From Eledone cirrhosa (taxonomy: Eukaryota), in assembly GCA_964016885.1 (NCBI GenBank), contig OZ024745.1, positions 105,648,001-105,712,000 of the forward strand: a DNA stretch of 64,000 nt, in the 5' to 3' direction. The notes beneath the pieces were generated by a model. The model saw only the letters and a program-made list of their open reading frames with translations. It was not told the DNA's origin and did not search any database. The position numbers were made by a program, and so were the translations under genes. Positions 15,474 to 30,379 of this stretch are shown here, one piece after another. Within the stretch, counting starts at the first letter, position 1. Each line of letters opens with the position of its first letter.

Positions 15474-15564
15474 CTACTACTACTACTACTACTACTACTG
15501 CTTCTGCTTCTGCTACTACTACTACTACTACTGCTGCTACTACTACTACTACTGCTGCTGCTGT

Positions 15565-15619
<55 letters not shown>

Positions 15620-16002
15620 GCTACTACTACTACTACTACTACTGCTGCTGCTGTTACTACTACTACTAATACTAATACTACTGCTGTTACTACTACTACT
15701 ACTACTGCTTCTGCTTCTGCTACTACTACTACTACTACTGCTGCTACTACTACTACTACTGCTGCTGCTGTTACTACTACTACTACTACTACTACTGCTG
15801 CTGCTACTACTACTGCTACTACTACTACTACTACTACTGCTGCTGCTGTTACTACTGCTACTACTACTACTACTGCTGCTGCTGTTACTACTACTACTAA
15901 TACTAATACTACTGCTGTTACTACTACTACTACTACTGCTTCTGCTTCTGCTACTACTACTACTACTACTGCTGCTACTACTACTACTACTGCTGCTGCT
16001 GT

Positions 16003-16048
<46 letters not shown>

Positions 16049-16256
16049 GCTGCTACTACTACTGCTGCTACTACTACTGCTACTACTACTACTACTACTA
16101 CTGCTGCTGCTGTTACTACTACTACTAATACTAATACTACTGCTGTTACTACTACTACTACTGCTGCTGTTACTACTACTACTACTACTACTACTACTAT
16201 TACTACTACTACTACTACTGTTACTACTGTTACTACTAATACTACTACTATTACTG

Positions 16257-16297
<41 letters not shown>

Positions 16298-16355
16298 GCT
16301 ACTACTACTACTACTACTACTACTAAAACAACTACTGCTGCTGTTACTACTACTG

Positions 16356-16426
<71 letters not shown>

Positions 16427-16604
16427 GCATCTGCTACTACTACTGTTAGTACAACTGTTGTTATTAATACTACCAATAATACTACTGCTGCTGTCGCTGC
16501 TGCTGTAACTACTACTATTAGTAATAGTAGTTCTAGTAGTAGTTGTGATGGTGGTACTATCTTTAGTAGAAGCAACAGTAGCAGCAGCAACAGTAGTAGC
16601 AGCT

Positions 16605-16635
<31 letters not shown>

Positions 16636-16736
16636 CAGCAGCAGCTGTAGTTATAGTAGTAGTAGTGGTAGTGGTGGTGGTAATAGTAGTAGTAGTAGTA
16701 ATAGTAGTAGTAGTAATAACAGCAGTTGTAGTAGTT

Positions 16737-16773
<37 letters not shown>

Positions 16774-17030
16774 CATCAGCTGTAGTAGTAGTAGTAGTAG
16801 TGGTGGTGGTAATAGTAGTAGTAGTAGTAATAGTAGTAGTAGTAATAACAGCAGTTGTAGTAGTTGAAGTAGTAGTAGTAGTAGTATTAGTATTAGTAGC
16901 AGTAGTAGTAGTAGTGGTGGTGGTAATAGTAGTAGTAGTAGTAGTAATAGTAGTAGTAGTAGTAATAACAGCAGTTGTAGTAGTTGAAGTAGTAGTAGTA
17001 GTAGTAGTAGCAGTAGTAGCAGTAGCAGTA
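15474..17030. repeat. (TAC/TGC)n array followed by its complement (TAG)n
   Basis: Direct reading; the strand sense switches near 16520. Confidence 0.97.
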
Positions 17031-17325
17031 ACTTAAGTATGATAGTATTTAATAGTAGATCTAGTAGAAGCGACCACCAACACCAGTAGCAATGGTAGCA
17101 GCAGTAGCAGTAGGTTTAAGCGAATGGTGGTGTTTGTGATGTTTATAACCTACTACCACTACTACTGCTGCTGCTACTGCTGCTACTACTGCTGCTACTA
17201 CTGCTGCTGCTACTACTGCTACTACTGCTTCTGCTATTGCTGCTGCGATTGATGATGGTTGCAGTGGTTGTTGCTTTCCAGCATTTGAAACTTGTTATTT
17301 TTGTTTCTATTGCTACTACTGCTAT

Positions 17326-17357
<32 letters not shown>

Positions 17358-17659
17358 GTGGTGGTGGTGGTGGTGGTGCTGCTAGTACTGTGCCACCATC
17401 ACCACCGCTGCTGTTGTTGCTGCTGCTGCTGTTATTGTTGATATTTTACCACTGCTACTGCTGCTGGTACTGTGTTCATCTCGTGTGCCACCATCACCAC
17501 CGCTGCTGTTATTGTTGATATTACCACTCCTGCTGCTGTTGCTGCTGCTGTCTTTTTTACCCCTCTCTCTCTGTTGCTTACTGTGACTCCTGGTTTGTTT
17601 CGTGTTTTCTCTCTCCTCTGCAGTTATTGCAGGACTGCCATACTTATTTTAGTATGTAC

Positions 17660-18284
17660 CTCTCCACCACCACCATCACCACCACCACCACTATCACCAC
17701 CACCACCATCACCACCACCATCACCACCACCACCTCCACTACCACCATCACCGCCACCACCACCGCTATCACCACCACCACCACCACTATCACCACCACT
17801 ACCATCACCACCACCACTACCACCACCACCACGACTATCACCACCACCACCATCACCACCACTACTACCACCACCACCACCACAACTGCCACCACCATCA
17901 CCACCACCACCACCACCACCACCACCATCACTACCACCGCCATCACCACCATCATCACCACCACCATCGCCACCACCATCACCACCACCACCACCACCAT
18001 CACTACCACCGCCATCACCACCACCATCACCACCACCATCGCCACCACCATCACCACCACCACCACCACCACCACCACCACCACCACCACCACCACCACC
18101 ACCAACACCACCACTACGAACATCACCAACACTATATTCACCAGCCTACAACCCACCACAACCCCACCACCACCACCACCACCACCACCACCAACAACAA
18201 CAACAACTGCCATACTTATTTTATGTGCCTCTCCAACAGCAACCCCATTATCACCACCACTCCACCACCACCACCACCACCACC

Positions 18285-18315
<31 letters not shown>

Positions 18316-18465
18316 CTAACAACAGCAACAACAACAACTGCCATATCTATTTTATGTGTTTCTTCGCCAGCAACCCCCAACATCACCACCACTACCACCA
18401 TCACCATTACGAATATCACCAACACTATACCACCAGCCTACAACACCACCACCACCACCACCACC

Positions 18466-18511
<46 letters not shown>

Positions 18512-18515
18512 GCTG
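17660..18515. repeat. (CAC/CAA)n array with repeated spacers
   Basis: Direct reading; spacer actgccata..tatttta recurs at about 17634, 18206 and 18337. Confidence 0.95.
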
Positions 18516-21329
18516 CAGCATTACTATTAGTTGCCGCACTACCACCTACACCTGTGCCTCACTGTCGTCACCAGCACCATTTCAAGCACCACCGTAACCA
18601 TCAGCAACATTACCACAAACCTACCATGAACGCTACAAACACCACCATCACTACCTACACTACCGCTACAATCATCAGTAGCATAACACCCAACACCAAC
18701 CTCACCTGCACTACCATCAACAACTAGTGCTACCAGCAGAGAAGCCCCTGTGTTGTCTTTTGATATGCTAGAAATAATAGTCAAATAAAATCATACCCTA
18801 CCATCCTAAAAGAGGAAGCACTCAATGGACAATGTAGTTCTACATATATAAAATGGTAGGATGGTATCGGTTGGAATGCCTTCAATTGTATGTCTATTTA
18901 ATCAGAGTTGACCTCCTGAGATTAAACAACTACACCACCATCACAAATAGCACGACCGCCAACACGAACACCCCAACAACGACATCCTCCTCACTACCAG
19001 CACTAGCAAGAAAGCCATCATCTTCAATACTATCACAACCACCATCACCACTATAATTATTACGAGTACTACCACCAACACCATTACCACCACCATCACC
19101 TCCTCCACTTCAGCGCCACGACCACCACCACCATTACTACTTTCAACGCCATCATCAACATCACTATTCCTCATTTCCACTAACCTCACCAACACCAACA
19201 GCGACAACACCAGCACAACCAGCACAGTGCCCCCAATATGATTACTAACACTAGACGGTGATTTGGCTCAAACGTTAGAGCGCAGAACACTGCTTTTCTA
19301 TGGTTGTTCTTGGTCTTTGCGTTTTGAATTCAAATCTTGCTGAGATCACTTTTAATCCTTTCGGAGTTGACGAAAACAAAATTCCAGTCTGAGATGGTAG
19401 ATTGATGGAAATGTTGCAGAGTTTGATGAAATGCTTTACTCTATTTGACCTAGCTCTTTGTGTTCTAAGTGTAAATTATCGGTTGCTATCGAGAGAGTAT
19501 GTACGTAGTCACTTGACCTGCTAAAATTAACAATAAGCTCCAACTAAGTTACACACTAATCTGTTCAATCAGAGCTGGCCTGTGCAGTAGTCTGGTCAAG
19601 TCTTTTAAGTGAAGATGGTTATATAGAGCCCAATGAATGTCATACAATGGACTGTATGTGTATTTCAAACATCCAACTTGGTCACAAGACCTTTTCAAAT
19701 TACTTCTGCTCAAAAAGAACACTGTGTCATCAGGATGACGAGGTAGCCCTGTTAACTTTTTGACAGGCGCTATGTGCATGTCATGGAATTTTTCCGGAAT
19801 GTTCCTGAATGCTCTTTATTTAACGATTCCGAAAGGAGGAAAAGTAAAGTTGATCACGATGGGATTTGATTTCTGCAAAGAACTAGCAGTGGAATATACA
19901 CTTATTTGTGAAAAACATAACTTTTTACAAAGATTACATAATACAATGCGTAGTAAACACTTCCCCAATTGAATAACTGAAAACATCTAAACCAAAGAGA
20001 TAATATGATTTCTCGACCTGCAAGAAACAACAACCATGTTTTCCCCGATTTCCAACCCACAGGTCAAATGAGACACGATGTCTGAAAAAATACGACTTAC
20101 TTTATAGGATCAAGACAAGTAGGCTTTGATTATCGTCTGATCAATTATTGCTGGCCTGGGTTTATACAACATCAGCTGAATCAATCATTGTCGAAATCGA
20201 TGAAATTTTTATTAGTATCTTACATCTTATGTATTAGGCTTGCAAATGTCACGAAGGAAGTTAATGAGAAAAGGTTTGTTTCTATAGAAGGTTGGTAACA
20301 ACTGTATTGGTAGAAAACCGGATAAAATGTATTTTTGTGTTCAGTTCGCATCATTTATCTTCTTAGACTAAATCACACCAAGGATGACGACTGAAAAGCT
20401 TTCATGGGTCGAGAAACTAAATACATGTTTATAATGGTTTCTGATTTTAGGCACATGGCCAACAATTTTGGGGCTAGGAGCAAGTCGATTAAATCGACCC
20501 CAGTGCATTACTGGGACTTTATTTTATGAAAGAATAACGCCATTTTACTTACGAAACTCTTTTTATTTTTCTCTGCTTTTCCACGATAAAAATCCATTAA
20601 CCAAAACCCTCCGTTGTTTCTTTTCTACCAGATAAAAATGATTAGCTTGTTGTCCTCTTTATTTTATTTGTGTCATCCTTTTCTCCCAAAATTGTCTTGG
20701 GTAATCGACTATACATACCCCAATAAATTATGAAAACTTGTGTCCGTCGATAAAAATTATGATTAGCAAAATTAGAGTAATGATTGAGAAAATTAACTTA
20801 CGATTTCTCGTTTGGTGTCTTTAGATTCAAATAATACTGAGGTCAATCTTAACGTTGGCCGTTTTGGGGTCTAAAAAATAATGCATCCGTTCTCATCGCA
20901 AACATTTATTTTCGGGATCGATTCCACCTTTAACAATTTTTTCTACCTTAGCAGAATTAAGATGACCAAAGCCTCGTAATTGTTATTTGGTATGAGAGAA
21001 CAGTGTGAAGATCTTTCAGAAGGGTTGTAGACTCAATCCGACACCCAGTTTAAGGATAATATCTTCACTTCTTTCAACAAGCATTGAAAGCTATGGAAAA
21101 GAGTCAGGGGGTTGACCTATATACTCTAAGTTCTCAAAATGTACCAGTTATATAACTGGTTGGCCTAGTTGATTCAGCCCACTAATATCTTGGACCTGAG
21201 ATACTCTCGGACAACATGGGATCCAATATTTAGTTACGGCCCTCTATATCCAGATCTCACCAAGGTCGACGTTGCTTCCTTTCTCCTGGAAACTACTAAA
21301 ATTAAGTACCACCAGAGGACTTGATTTGA

Positions 21330-21672
21330 TAATATATAATGGCTTCACTCGGTCACGAATGACCATAGTTTTTCACCTAGAAAGTTTCCCTCCGAGGCAC
21401 AAGCCTAGTCAAGGTTTGTTTTGTGGAAGACCAGTAGTCGCCCATACATACCAGCCACCCTTCTCTACGCCACTGATGATGTCCAAGGGAAAGTCAATGA
21501 CCTATACAGGTTGGCACCACTGATGTCGCAACTCATTTCTAAAGCTGAGTAAACTGGAGCAACGTGAAATAAAGTGTCTTGCTCAAGGACACAACGCATC
21601 ACGCGGTCCGAGAATCGAACTCACAACTTCTCAATTGCAAGTTCAATGCTCTAACCATTAAGCAATGCGCCT
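21330..21672 (-). mobile_element. CORE-like SINE (family F)
   Basis: aaagtgtcttgctcaaggacacaac followed by gaatcgaactc (reverse B-box-like); relatives at about 33400-33705 and 50280-50385. Confidence 0.6.
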
Positions 21673-22351
21673 TAATAAACACTTAAACACAAGCCACAAG
21701 CAAGTTGTTTTTTTATGTTCGGAGTTATTGTTATTTATCGGAATCGTTAAAGAGTCGAACAAAATGTTCTGCAGTATTTATTGCCGCCATTTACGTTCTT
21801 AATTCAATTCCCATCGAATTCAGCTTCACCGATCATCTTTCTGGGCTCTATAATATAAAGTACCAGTCTAGCCATGCGAAACATTGTGTCAATATAATCG
21901 ACTAATTTCTACCACCCAAATTACAAGGCATGTGTTTATGTTAGAAATTATTACCATTAGATTTAATTAGTGTGACATTTGTTTCGGCTCTTTATATACT
22001 GAGTTCAAAACCGACAGAGGTCGACTTTAACTTTCCCTCTTGTTGTTTCGAGAAAATAAAGTATCAGTTATGTACTGGGTTCGATTTAATCGACTTTACC
22101 TTCTCCTAAATTGCTGACCTGGTACCCGAGTTATAAATCGTTAACAGAGTTGCTAATATTGCCAACTGAAATTGGTACATGTATTTAACGTCATTGATAT
22201 CCAAACACTATATTACATCATATCCGAGGCCAAACAACAAGATAAACATCAAAGGCGAATGAAAAATGCTTTCTTTCAGTAAGAAAGCATCATCTAAGAT
22301 GATGATATCTTAAAGGATGATATCGGTCCTATATTTTAATTTTATCCGTTG

Positions 22352-22546
22352 CAGACATGCCAACCTCTAAAATCTCCAACGGGGAGTACTATGAAAACAA
22401 ATGCCCCAAAACGCGGAGAAATGAGGCAAAATGGGGAGATTTTACATAATGAAAGTTATACCTATTTTCACAAGAGAAGACATCTCTCACCCACCCCAAA
22501 GTGGGTGAGAGATTTCCCTATCGGACCGGGAGAGTTGACAGGTCTG
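22352..22546. mobile_element. ~195-bp MITE (TIR CAGACCTGCCAAC / GTTGACAGGTCTG)
   Basis: Terminal inverted repeats; homologous copies at 40111-40306 and 52999-53176. Confidence 0.85.
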
Positions 22547-22687
22547 ATATTGTGATAAGTCAATACCAGTCATGTACTGTCCATATCAATTGATATGAGC
22601 ATGTGTAAAACTCAGAAATCAATGTACACGAGATATTTACCACCACTGCTAACACTTCCGTCATCATTGTCATCATAAAGACGGGGG

Positions 22688-22945
22688 ATTGGCAGTATCG
22701 GTAGAGGGTCGGACGCCATGCTTTGCAAGTATAGAGTTACGTCCTTTTACAACAACAACAACTGCTGTTGCTGCTGCTGCTGTCTTTTTTCCCCTCTCTC
22801 TGTTGCTTACTGTGAGTGCTGGTTTGTTTCGTGTTTTCTCTCTCCTCTGCAGTCTCGCCGATGTTAACTTTGCCTTTCATCCTTACGAGGTCGATAAAAT
22901 ACACTGGGATAATTGCTGGCCTTGTGCCAAAAGGTAGAAACAATT
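22688..22945 (+). mobile_element. SINE family A with an internal captured 90-bp segment
   Basis: SINE head 22688-22748, foreign segment 22762-22853, SINE body resumes at cgccgatgttaactttgcc. Confidence 0.8.
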
Positions 22946-23152
22946 ATCATCATAATCATCACCATTCTTTCTCCCCTTCTTTATTCTCTCGCTGTATATT
23001 TCAACTGTGTAGTCTTGGAGACAAGGTCAGTATCCAGAGCCCTCTGCAGGGCCTCCGAGAGAGATCTGAAAGGATGGAAGATTATACTCTGGCCTGAATA
23101 CTTTCAACACAAATGGCTCTGCATAAAAGCATCCAAAGGCCAGCTGGCCGTG

Positions 23153-23380
23153 TTAACCCTTTAGCATTTAAACCGGCCGTATCCGGCCAACATTCTTTCA
23201 CTGTTTTCTGTTCACACTGACCGTAACTGGCCACTCATACTGATGTTAAGGTATTGTTCTCAAAATAAATAATATCAAAATCTCATAGATTCGATATTAT
23301 GTGAGATATTATGTGAGGTAAAGACTTTACTGCGAAAATACAATAGTAAATATAGAGTAATGTAAATACTAAAGGATTAA
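23153..23380. mobile_element. TTAA-flanked MITE (piggyBac-like ends)
   Basis: ttaaccctttagcattta ... taaatactaaaggattaa; a second partial copy lies at 49541-49735. Confidence 0.7.
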
Positions 23381-23641
23381 AAAGGGCGATGGACAGCCAA
23401 CAACCAGATTTGAGCCCAGAACTCAAACAGCCGTCGGACACCCTATCAATTCCATTAAATCCAACTCGTCTTCGTTGACCAAATTACTCTCACTTCTTAT
23501 TTTATCTTTTTTCCTTACTCTACTTACTTTCAGTCACTCTCTCTTTCTCCCTTGCTTTTCACTTACTCACTCTGTCTTACCTCTCTCACTCCTCCTCTCT
23601 CGTTCTATTTATTCATCTGTTAGTCTATCTCTATGCCTCTT

Positions 23642-23683
<42 letters not shown>

Positions 23684-24264
23684 CACGGCGCACAGGTATT
23701 TTTAAAATGTTATATTAATCATTTATAACAATCATCCCTCACTTCACTAAAACGTCATACCCAAGTACGAAAGCCGCTGAATGGTTGCTTGACCTGCTAG
23801 AAACAGCAGCGAAATCCTCCACAAAAACAAACAACAAAACAAACAACAACAACGTTATTTTTATTTTTAAAGACACGTTAGATAATGTACTACTGGGTTC
23901 ATTACACACAGGAAAACGACGGTCATGTCCGGAAAACTTGGGGCGCAGCATCAAAAGCATACCTGTTTTGATACCCCCATCTCAGTCTCTCTCATTCTCA
24001 CCCTCACCTTAACTCTTTATATCCGCTCTTCTATAAACTCTTTATTTCTTCCATTTCTCTCACTCTCTGCTACTCTCTCTCTCTCTCTCTCTCTCTCTCA
24101 TACACTATCTTTTCTTCCTTATTTTCGTAATCTATCGTACTTTTCTTATTCCACTCTTCTCTACCAGTAACACCTCCACCACCAACACTAACACTACTAC
24201 TAATACAAATACTTTTACTGATTTTTCTTCCCGCTGTTCCTTTCGTCTCTCTTTCTCACTCTCC

Positions 24265-24299
<35 letters not shown>

Positions 24300-25078
24300 C
24301 CAGTTTTTCGGTGGTATGTGTTACCCATATGAAATGTCTCCCCCTATTGGGGAAAATCGATTAATTTTTAAATTGCATTTGTGATAGTATTTTACACGTT
24401 TTTATTGTATGTAAACTTCCCTCTTTGTATTTGTTCCCCTCTTTTGTGCCCTTGTGGCTAATAAAGAAACATATCTATCTACCTGTCTATCGATCTATTT
24501 ATCTACCTATCTATATATGTCTGCCTATCTATCTATTTATGTCTGTCTACTATCTCTCTATCTGACTGTCTATCTATCTATTTAATAATCTGATCTGAGT
24601 TCAAATCCCGCCGAGGTTAACTTTGCCTTTCATCCTTACGGGGTCGATAAAATAAAGTACCAGTAATGTACTGGGTAATTGCTGGGCTTGTGCCTAAAAT
24701 AGAAACAATTTAATAAAGAAACATATCTATCTATCTATCTATTTATTTATTTATTTATTTATTAATGTTAAAGTTATAAGATTTTTATGTAAAACCCCCG
24801 CTGCCACGTCTTGTAAGGTCCTATTTTTGTGCACCCCTGTGGCAAATAAAGAAAGATATCTATTTATCTATCTAAAAGGAAGAAAGGAGCACTTGCACAA
24901 CACGCTCCTGGAGTTGAGGGTTGTTCTATCGACGGGGTATTAAACAACCCATTTGTGGCGCCTCCCCCCTATTGAGGATTTCGATTGTTGTAATTGTTTG
25001 TTTTTATATTTTTTACACTACGGTATGTCTTTGTATTGTCCCCTTTTCTTGTGCGCCCTTGTGGCTAATAAAGAAATA
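24300..25078 (+). mobile_element. Cluster of LINE (L1/Tx1-like) 3' ends in (TATC)n, with a SINE A fragment at 24592-24711
   Basis: Repeated 3' terminus tgtgc.cc.tgtggc.aataaagaaa at about 24470, 24855 and 25078; also at 29870 and 54235(-). Confidence 0.55.
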
Positions 25079-25499
25079 TATCTATTTGTCTGTCTATCTC
25101 CCAATATCTCTTCAACCATTTTCTTTCCGTCTACCCATCACTCATTCACTCATACACTTCCTCTCTCGCCAATAATCAGTTCATTCACCTTCATAAACCT
25201 CTCTAATCTTATATACACCTTTCATACTTTCGTTTCGCTCTCTTAGTCTACTTTTCTCCGTCATCTCCTTCTCTCTTTCTCTCTATCTCCCTCTCCCACT
25301 CTCTCGCTCTCTCGCTCGCTCTCTCTCGCTATTTCATTTTACCTCCCATCTTCGTGTCTACTCTCATTCATACACGCTCCGCCACCCCCACCCCCCTCTT
25401 CAATTATCACTATAATCATCATCATCATCAGCAACAGCAACATTATTGACATTTTATCTATATATCTACACCACCCCTCATACACTCATACACACACGC

Positions 25500-25550
<51 letters not shown>

Positions 25551-25644
25551 TGTATATGTGTGTGTGTATGTAAAGAAAACTTACTCTATTACTACTACTT
25601 TCTCTTGCTTTTCTTTTTCGTCTTTCTCAAAATCCTTTTCCCTA

Positions 25645-25735
<91 letters not shown>

Positions 25736-26161
25736 TACACACACACACACACTCTCTCTCTCTCTCTCTTTTATTCTCCTCTATCACCTCACTACTACTA
25801 CTACTACTTCGTACCCCCCCCCCTCCCTTCCTCCCACCATCAACTCCATCTTCTTCAGCAACAAACTCGGTCCTTCCTCCTACTCCATATATCGCTCTAT
25901 ATCGCTTTACCTCTCCATTTTTTTCTCTCTCTCTCTCACTCTCCTTTGCTCTTCACTTCACTTCACTTCAAATCACTCTTCTTAGTTTGTCTGTTTGTTT
26001 ATTTATTTATTTGTTTGTTTGTTTGCTTTCATTTTCCTCCTTCTCCTTCTCCCCGCGCCCTCCTTCTTCGTCTACTTCTTCTTCTTCTCCTCCTCCTTCT
26101 TCATTTTCTTCTCCATATTCATTTCCAATACATTCATTTCTTCCTTCACTCTTTTTCCCAG

Positions 26162-26297
26162 TGTGCTCACGCACGTCCTAACGGGGAATCTATCGACTAT
26201 GACATGGCCTCTAAAGGCTGCACGGAGAAACTACCTAAAAACAACAGACTGACCAACAGCTGTGTACAGGCTAATGCAGCAACAGACCAACATGTAG
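26162..26297 (+). CDS. Candidate isolated exon of an unidentified gene
   Basis: Long polypyrimidine tract ending ttttcccag, then a 136-nt unique open frame CAHARPNGESIDYDMASKGCTEKLPKNNRLTNSCVQANAATDQHV, then AG|GTAGAT. No homology recognised. Confidence 0.35.
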
Positions 26298-26764
26298 GTA
26301 GATCATTCATGTATTTATTTTTTTTGCCATTTTGTTTTGTTTTGTTTTGTTCTGTTTTGTTTTGTTTTTGGCCGTTTTCACCGATTGTCACCTATTAAAC
26401 TCTTATTTCGTTTGAAGCGAGCAGACGTCGACACGGACCACTTCTAAATGCGAGCACGCCAAAATAACTGAGCATGTATGTATGTATGTATGTATGTATG
26501 TATGTATGTATGTATGTATGTATGTATGTATGAACGTATGTATGTATGTATGTATGTATGTATGTATGCATGTATGAACGTATGTATGTATGTATGAACG
26601 TATGTATGAACGTCTGTATGTATGAACGTATGTATGTATGTATGTATGTATGTATGTATGTATGTATGTATGTATGTATGTATGTATGAACGTATATATG
26701 TATGTATATAATGTATAAAGATAGATATATGTGTTTCAAAATATGCATGTATATACATATGATA

Positions 26765-26806
<42 letters not shown>

Positions 26807-26864
26807 GTACACACAGTTTATATATACACTGTATATATACATATACACATATATATATACATAT

Positions 26865-26911
<47 letters not shown>

Positions 26912-26915
<4 letters not shown>

Positions 26916-27052
26916 AACAAGTATGACCCCGACGGCAGAGCTCAAGCCGTTTCGATGGGGTCATACTTGTTCCTATTACCCACTCTACTACCCTAAGTAT
27001 TGAGTACTTTGGTGCGTTATGGTCCATCTGGTTCCTTACCACAATTCCTTCG

Positions 27053-27055
<3 letters not shown>
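26912..27055 (+). mobile_element. Family H mini-element (half hammerhead, inverted duplication) in (TA)n
   Basis: taggaacaagtatgacccc ... ggggtcatacttgttccta hairpin, then the body ending ccttcgtta. Confidence 0.8.
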
Positions 27056-27114
<59 letters not shown>

Positions 27115-27136
27115 TTGCGTATCTATTTGTGGTTCA

Positions 27137-27182
<46 letters not shown>

Positions 27183-27483
27183 ATGTATGTTTGTTTGTAA
27201 GTAATATACATGTGTATATGCATTTTCGTTACATATCTCTCGTTACGTTAACTGTTATAAATCGTATTTTTTTTACTTCTTTTACTAAGTAATTTTTTAA
27301 AATATATTTTGTAGTTTTCATCAATCACAACTAATATAACTATTATACACCTATTATACACCTATTATACACCTATTATAACTAAATATTTTTTAATTTT
27401 TCCACAAACACAGAAAGAGAAATATAGACAGACAAAATATACTGTTACCACACACGTTTCTCTAATTATTTAATGACTATACA

Positions 27484-27570
<87 letters not shown>

Positions 27571-27681
27571 TGTATGTATGTATGTATGTATGGATATATA
27601 TATATATATATATATGTATGTATATATGTATGTATGGATATATATATATATATGCTTATGTGTATGTAAATATGTATGTAT

Positions 27682-27722
<41 letters not shown>

Positions 27723-27744
27723 CTATGCTTATGTGTATGTATAG

Positions 27745-27838
<94 letters not shown>

Positions 27839-27917
27839 ATATATTTATACATATATATATATATTTATACATATATATATATATATGTATGCATATGTGT
27901 ATGTATAGATGTATGTA

Positions 27918-27951
<34 letters not shown>

Positions 27952-28026
27952 AATATATATATATAACGAAAGAATTGTGGTAAGGAACAAGATGGACCAT
28001 AACGCAGCAGAGTACTCAATACTTAG

Positions 28027-28082
<56 letters not shown>

Positions 28083-28145
28083 ATTGTATTAAAAACTTGG
28101 TAAAAAAATATTAAAAGGGTGATACATGTGTATGTAGATACATAC

Positions 28146-28183
<38 letters not shown>

Positions 28184-28185
28184 AT

Positions 28186-28225
<40 letters not shown>

Positions 28226-28473
28226 ATGTCTACATGCATCGTGTACTAAACACAATAAATATCCTTTGCATATTATCCACACTTGCGGTCCGAGTTCGCC
28301 ACTGTTCGTCGCCGTGGACTCTCGCTTTTGCAAATATGGTAGTACACACACATAACATACAGGCACGAACAGATTAACGCCACATATGCACACATATACA
28401 TACATGCATACATTCATATACACACAGTGACCCTTTCACATACTGATACGCACACTCGTATTACCCCGTGAGT

Positions 28474-28557
<84 letters not shown>

Positions 28558-28648
28558 ATATATATATATACCTATATATATATATATATATATACCTATA
28601 TATATATATGTATGTATATATATATATATACCTATATATATATATATA

Positions 28649-28685
<37 letters not shown>

Positions 28686-28702
28686 ATATATATATATATA
28701 CC

Positions 28703-28733
<31 letters not shown>

Positions 28734-28788
28734 ATATATATATATACCTATATATATATATATACCTATATATATATATATATATATA

Positions 28789-28917
28789 TAACGAAGGAAG
28801 TGTGGTAAGGAACCAGATAGACCATAACACACCAGAGTACTCAATACTTAGGGTAGTAGAGTCCAGAAATAGCCGTCGAAACGGCTTGAGCTCTGCCGTC
28901 GGGGTTAAACATTTTCA
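28789..28917. mobile_element. Family H mini-element (head-to-head) in (TA)n
   Basis: Reverse body taacgaaggaagtgtggtaagg... joined to forward gtccagaaatagccgtcGAAACggcttgagctctgccGTCggggtt. A partial copy lies at 27964-28030. Confidence 0.8.
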
Positions 28918-29177
28918 TATATATATATATATATGTATGACCCTGTAAATAATAGTATATAATTATATATTTTGACACATCCATGTATGTATCCACACAC
29001 ACACACTTTATACATGTAAGCATGAATTACTAACGTGTGTGTGTGTATGCGTGCTTGTATGCATGTGTATGTGTATGTGTACTCAGACACATACACATAG
29101 ATACGTAATCTCTAGCGCAGGTAAAAAAATATTGTTTTAGATTCGTCAAAAACATATCGTCAGATTCAGTCCAGAAG

Positions 29178-29307
<130 letters not shown>

Positions 29308-29621
29308 GATGTAATATTTGATCACTCCTGTAATAGTTATGATGGAGAGTGATGGGCTCCGGTTGGGTTTAGAATGCCGAACACACGCCGTATATCGCGA
29401 CGGTCCCCATAGGACTTCGTCAGGCGTTACGGGTCATACTTAGCATACATACATACATAACAGTAATAGGTATGTCTGGACATACGGATACATACATACA
29501 GTATATATATATTCCATATGTGATATTAACGTTTCCAAAGAGCTATATTGTAGATGCGTGTGCGTGTGTATATGTGTGTGCGTGTGTATATGTGTGTGCG
29601 TGTGTATCTGTGTGTGTGTGT

Positions 29622-29703
<82 letters not shown>

Positions 29704-29761
29704 ATCTATCTATCCACATACACCTCAGTTTAGAAATATGAATGTGTGTGTGAGTGTGTGT

Positions 29762-29805
<44 letters not shown>

Positions 29806-30177
29806 TGTATGTAAACTTTCCCCTTTGTATTTGTCCCCTTCTTTTGTGCCCCTGTGGCTAATAAAGAAATATATCTATCTATCTATCTATCTATCCACAT
29901 ACACCTCAGTTTAGAAATATGAATGTGTGTGTGTGTGTATGTGTGTGTGTGTGTGTGTGTATGTGTGTGTGTGTGTGTGTGTGTGTATGTACATCTATCT
30001 ATGTATCTATCTATCTATCTATACACATACAAAGAAAGATATCTATACACATACACGTCAGTTTAGAAATATGAATGTGAGTGTATGTATGTGTGTGGTG
30101 CACGTTTGTTACATTGCATGCGTGTGTTTGTGGGTTTGTGTGTATATATATATATAAAAATTATATATATGTTGATA

Positions 30178-30212
<35 letters not shown>

Positions 30213-30235
30213 GTAAATAAATGAACTCGCGCGTG

Positions 30236-30266
<31 letters not shown>

Positions 30267-30307
30267 GCGCGAGTTCATTTATTTATATCTGTATATATAT
30301 ATTTATA

Positions 30308-30379
<72 letters not shown>

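Noticed and set aside
15451-18530. Long Thr-, Leu-, Val- and Pro-rich ORFs resembling mucin or extensin
   Set aside because: Pure triplet repeats open in several frames, with single-codon usage and no unique domain.
19549-19972. Non-repetitive short ORFs
   Set aside because: No recognisable motifs or splice signals; probably old repeat debris.
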